Shown piece by piece: positions 59,956 through 64,000 of a DNA stretch of 64,000 nucleotides; position 1 is the first letter of the stretch; every line of letters begins with the position of its first letter. Under the pieces are notes generated by a model. That model did no database searches. It worked only from the letters and a program-made list of their open reading frames with translations, and was not told the DNA's origin. Origin of the DNA: Antechinus flavipes. Its lineage: Eukaryota. The stretch spans positions 631,284,001-631,348,000 of the forward strand of contig NC_067400.1 of NCBI RefSeq assembly GCF_016432865.1, given 5' to 3'. Made by a program: the position numbers and the translations under genes.

Positions 59956-60705
59956 CTGCAGAGAATCTGTTCTCAATATCATCGCAGGCTCTGGTCAAAG
60001 AGAAAAATTTATTAAAAGGATTTAAGCCAGAACTGTCAAAATGGACCCATAATCCTCATGTAGTTATTTGGACTAGCTCCAATTTCACATGTCTTTCCAT
60101 TTTTTTAATTGCTTATATTTGTCATTTCTTATTACATAATCACATATCATTACATTTATATTGAAATGGATAATCTCACATTATTTCCAGGTCTATCCTG
60201 CTACAAAAAGGGTAGCTATGAATATTTTGGTACATCATCCATGACCCAAAGGGAAGTTTTTATTACATGAGGGTATCATTTCTGAGATCAAGTGAATCTG
60301 AATTCATTTGGGGGACAACTTGATCACCAAGAATTCAGTCAGTTTTTTCCCATACTCTGACTTATTACACCCACAAACCAGACTGAAACTCCATTGAATG
60401 TATCTTAAAATAATATTTAGATGTGGCTCATGTCTACAGTCTCCACAGAAGGAATCAGTGTGTTCACTTTCGGAAAAATATTCAGACATTCAAAGTAGAT
60501 CTCAGAGCTGGGACAGTTATTTTTTTTCTCTATGAGAAAATAAAGGATACTTATGACATACACACACACACACACACAAAATCATAAGCAAATTAACAAA
60601 TAATTTAAAATATGAATAATATATCACAATTATTGCAATCAACTCAACCCTCAAAAAGATAATTTTTGGACACACTGAGCAGCTATTTCACCCTTGCCTG
60701 ACTTT

Positions 60706-61270
60706 TGTGGTTAAGCCTTTGGGGTCTTACAGGACTAAACAGATAACTAAGCTAAGTTGGGTCTAGCCATGAGAATTTAGAAGAAAAAGGGTCAAAAGTG
60801 GTACATTTTAGAGATGAATACACAAAACAAGTGTTTGAGATGAAGACTCCTAACCAAATTGACTACTCAGAGATCACTCATAAAAAGGAAATTTATTTAT
60901 CAGAATCTTGAGAAGCAGACCCTTCCTCCTCCCCTCCCTCCCCAGCCTAAGCCCACAGCAGGAGAGAGCCACTCCCTTGAAAATGCTCACAGTTTTTATA
61001 CATTTCAAACAAAGAACCCCCCAAATCCCACCCTTTATATGGTGTTATTGGTTACATAAGTTTCTATTCCCCTATTTGGTCAGTGGAATGGAGGAGATGT
61101 ATAGCTTCCTCACCAGTATCCTTCTTTGGACAATGGAATTAGTCCAGGCCTTATCTAAAATCACATGCTTCTGGAGAAGCCAAAACTAAGGCCTTTAAGG
61201 CTTCAATTAATTTAGCTAACAGTCTCTGATCAATATGTGCTTGATCTATAAGTTATTCACCTTTTCCACA
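60706..61270 (-). mobile_element. Probable LTR of a different family
   Basis: TGTGG...CCACA ends. Minus-strand CCAAT (about 61046), TATAAAAA (about 60995) and AATAAA (about 60893) in LTR order. No TSD found. Confidence 0.55.
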
Positions 61271-61808
61271 CACAGGGAAGAAGGGTGTGGAACAGAAATG
61301 CAATAATTATTATTTCTACCATAATGATCTGAGAGGAGAAAATGGGCCTTGATGAGTTCTTTCCAGTGCAAAATAGCAAGGATGACATGGATAAATCTGC
61401 AGCTTCAGTAAGACAAAAATTCACAGAAGAAGAAAGCAATAAGCACTAGAGGAAGTTATCTCAATGTACAAGTATGTACAACAAAGGGCTTTGAATAAAA
61501 ACAATCTCTTAAGAAAGAAGAAGATGTTCCAATATATTAAGAATTCCCAAAGCCCCCACAGGGTACTCAATAATTCCAGAGTGGTTTAGAAGCAGAATCA
61601 ATGAATAAAGTGAATACACAAAACACTAAGAACAAAATTTAGAGATCTCTAGGAAGAAATGAGCGTGTCTAACTAATTGGGTCTAATTGCCAAATTCAGA
61701 GGAAAAAACCAGGGCAGAGTCTCTGAAAAAGAACTAGAGAATAAGGCTGGAAAGAAAGGAGAGGCAAGAAAAAATAACAGAACAAAATGTTTGTTGAAGA
61801 TTGGCAGA

Positions 61809-64000
61809 GGGGCAGAGCCAAGATGGCAGAGAACAGACATGACTTTCTGTGACCTCCTCAGACTTTCTTTCAAACCAACAGCAGATTAAGCCTCTGAACT
61901 GGTTTTGGAGTCAAAGAACCCACAGATATCTGTAGTACAATACTTTCCCAGAAGAAGATTCCTTGGGAAAACTTCAGAACAATTCTGTTTCAAAAGGGCA
62001 GGAGGACAGTCTACAGAGCCCAGACCTCAGCATGGGGAGCCCAGGGCACGGAGCTGGGGCGTTGAGTTAGAGCATTGCAGTTCCACACACCTGGAATCTT
62101 CTGTGAGCCTCTTAGGCTGCTCTGTCCTGGTTGCAAGTGGGTAATCTAGCGGATTTGTTATAAAAGGCAAATTGTAAACCACTGAACACCGGAAGAATGC
62201 TGGACCTAGCTGTCATTAGCCAGCACTGGAAATCAATCAGCAGAATTGCCCCAGGACAAATTAAAGCAGTTGTCCCTCCTTTGCATTGAAAAGACCTCAA
62301 GCCTTAAAAAAGTGAATAAGAAACCAAAAAGAACTCTCACTGTGGACTGCTTTTATGGAGAGAGGGAAGAACAGACTTCAAATCCTGAGGTTTATAAAAG
62401 CAAAGCAACTCAAGATGAAGCTCCGAAGGGAGACATGAGCTGGTCCCCATTTCACAAGGCTTACTTGGAAGATTGTATAAAGAATCTCAAAGGAGAATTA
62501 GAAGAAAAATGGGGAAATGAAATGAGATCAATGCAAGAAGGAATAAAAAAAGCATACAGTTCCTTACAAAAGAAAGATGAAAAAGACACCAATTCACTGA
62601 AAAACAAAAGTTGTGAAATGGAAAAAGATTGCAGTGAACCAAAAAATTCAATTGGCCAATTACAAAAGGAGCTTAAAAAGGTAACTGAAGAAAATAATAC
62701 ACTAAACATTAGAGTTGAACAAATAGAAGTGAATGACTCAATAAGACTTCAACAATCAAACAAAACAAAAGAAAAAGAAAAAAAATAGAAGAAAATATGA
62801 AATATCTCCTAGGAAAAACTACTGATCTGGAAAATAATCTAGGAGAGACAATCTAAGGATTATTGGACTTCCTGAAAGCATGATGAAAAAAAGAACCTAG
62901 ACATCTTAAAGGAAATTATAAAAGAAAATTGCCCCGCTATTTTAGAATTAGAAGGTAAAATAGCCATCAAAGGAATATATTGATCACCTCCTGAAAGAAA
63001 CCCTAAAATTAATTCCCCAAGGAATAGTATGGCTAAATTTCAGAACTATCATACCAAGGAAAAGATATTACGAGCAGCCAGAAAGAAATAATTTGTATAC
63101 TACCAAGGAGCTACAATTAGGATTATCCCAGACCTAGCAGCTTCCACCTTAAAGGATCAAAGGTCCTTTAAATCTGATATTTCTAAAGGCAAAAAAACTT
63201 TGATTATAGCCAAGAATAAGCTATCCAGCTAAAATGAGCATAATCTTTCAGGGAAGAAGATGGATATTCAATGATATAGGTGAATGTCACCTGTTTTTCT
63301 CTTTCTAATGAAAAGACCAAAACTTAACAAAAAATTTGATCTCCAAACACAGAACTCAAGACAAGCATAAAAAGGTAAAAAGGAAAGCTCTCTTGAGAAC
63401 TATATTTCTGTTATGGTTATACTTAGAAAATGTGGTTATAATTTGATTTTATTATGATAATACGAAAAAGAAACTAAAAGTGGAAAGGGGATCATACTGA
63501 AAAAATAAGAAAAAGGAGGTAAAACAAGAGAAATTACATCTCATGAAGAGACAAAGAAAATCTATTATTATTGAGGAAAGTAAGGTGGGGGATGAGCGTT
63601 CTGTGAATCTTACTCTCATCAGATTTAGCTCTAAGAGAGAATATCAGAAATATTTGGTTCCACAGAGAAACTTGTCTCACCTTATAGGGAAGTGGGAGGA
63701 AAAGGGGGAAAAGAAAGGGAAAGACTAATAGAAGTATTAGGGGAAAGGTTTAAAAAAGGGGAAGAAGCTATAAAAGAGGAGGACAGTTTGAGAGAGGTGG
63801 TCATCAAAAGCAAAATACAGAGGAGAAGGGAAAGGGAAAAGGGAAAAAGAAAAGCATAATTTAGGTAAATAAAGATGCAGGAAATTCAGAATTAGTTATT
63901 TTAACTGTGAATGTAAATGAGATGAACTCTCCCATAAAACAGAAGTGAATAGCAAACTGGATTAAAAGCCAGTTTCCTACAATATGTTGCTTACAAGAAA
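61809..64000 (+). mobile_element. L1 5' portion: 5' UTR, disrupted ORF1 (about 62310-63370), about 500-bp spacer, disrupted start of ORF2
   Basis: Starts ggggcagagccaagatggc. ORF1 coiled-coil with frameshifts. EN start VILTVNVNEMNSPIKQK*IANWIKSQFPTICCLQE contains an in-frame stop. Confidence 0.95.

Noticed and set aside
62246-62788. 180-aa ORF as a host gene or active L1 ORF1
   Set aside because: It is the N-terminal half of L1 ORF1 broken by a frameshift, and ORF2 also has a frameshift and a stop

Overview
This is eukaryotic, repeat-rich DNA from a marsupial. WSINE1-type SINEs, marsupial L1/RTE and an OC1-like hAT MITE suggest a dasyurid such as the Tasmanian devil; the species is an inference. 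The window spans the junction of a KRAB-zinc-finger cluster and a vomeronasal receptor locus. Genes: (1) An apparently intact minus-strand KRAB-ZNF gene. It has a non-coding exon 1 ending at 27192, an ATG exon (26560-26528), a KRAB-A exon (24215-24095), no recognisable KRAB-B exon, and a finger exon (21169-19440). The predicted product is 627 aa with 11 canonical and 2 degenerate C2H2 fingers. (2) The 5' end of a paralogous KRAB-ZNF gene (promoter, exon 1, ATG exon 864-832) that runs off the left edge. (3) A decayed third ZNF exon at about 16.5-17.1 kb and a possible relic plus-strand pre-KRAB exon at 5011-5123. (4) An intact single-coding-exon V1R gene at 59026-59955, with a strong candidate promoter and non-coding first exon about 12 kb upstream. 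The rest is mostly L1, L2, RTE and SINE fragments, five related ERV2-type LTRs (one still attached to a tRNA-Lys PBS and gag start and pointing at the ZNF promoter), and decayed ERV1 gag/pol/env. There are two assembly gaps and no prokaryotic-type systems. I see no demonstrably new biological system. The best leads are the V1R promoter, the LTR-PBS in front of the ZNF gene, and TE-driven remodelling of the ZNF gene. Repeat family names come from recognition of the sequence, not a database search, and repeat boundaries are approximate unless TSDs are quoted.
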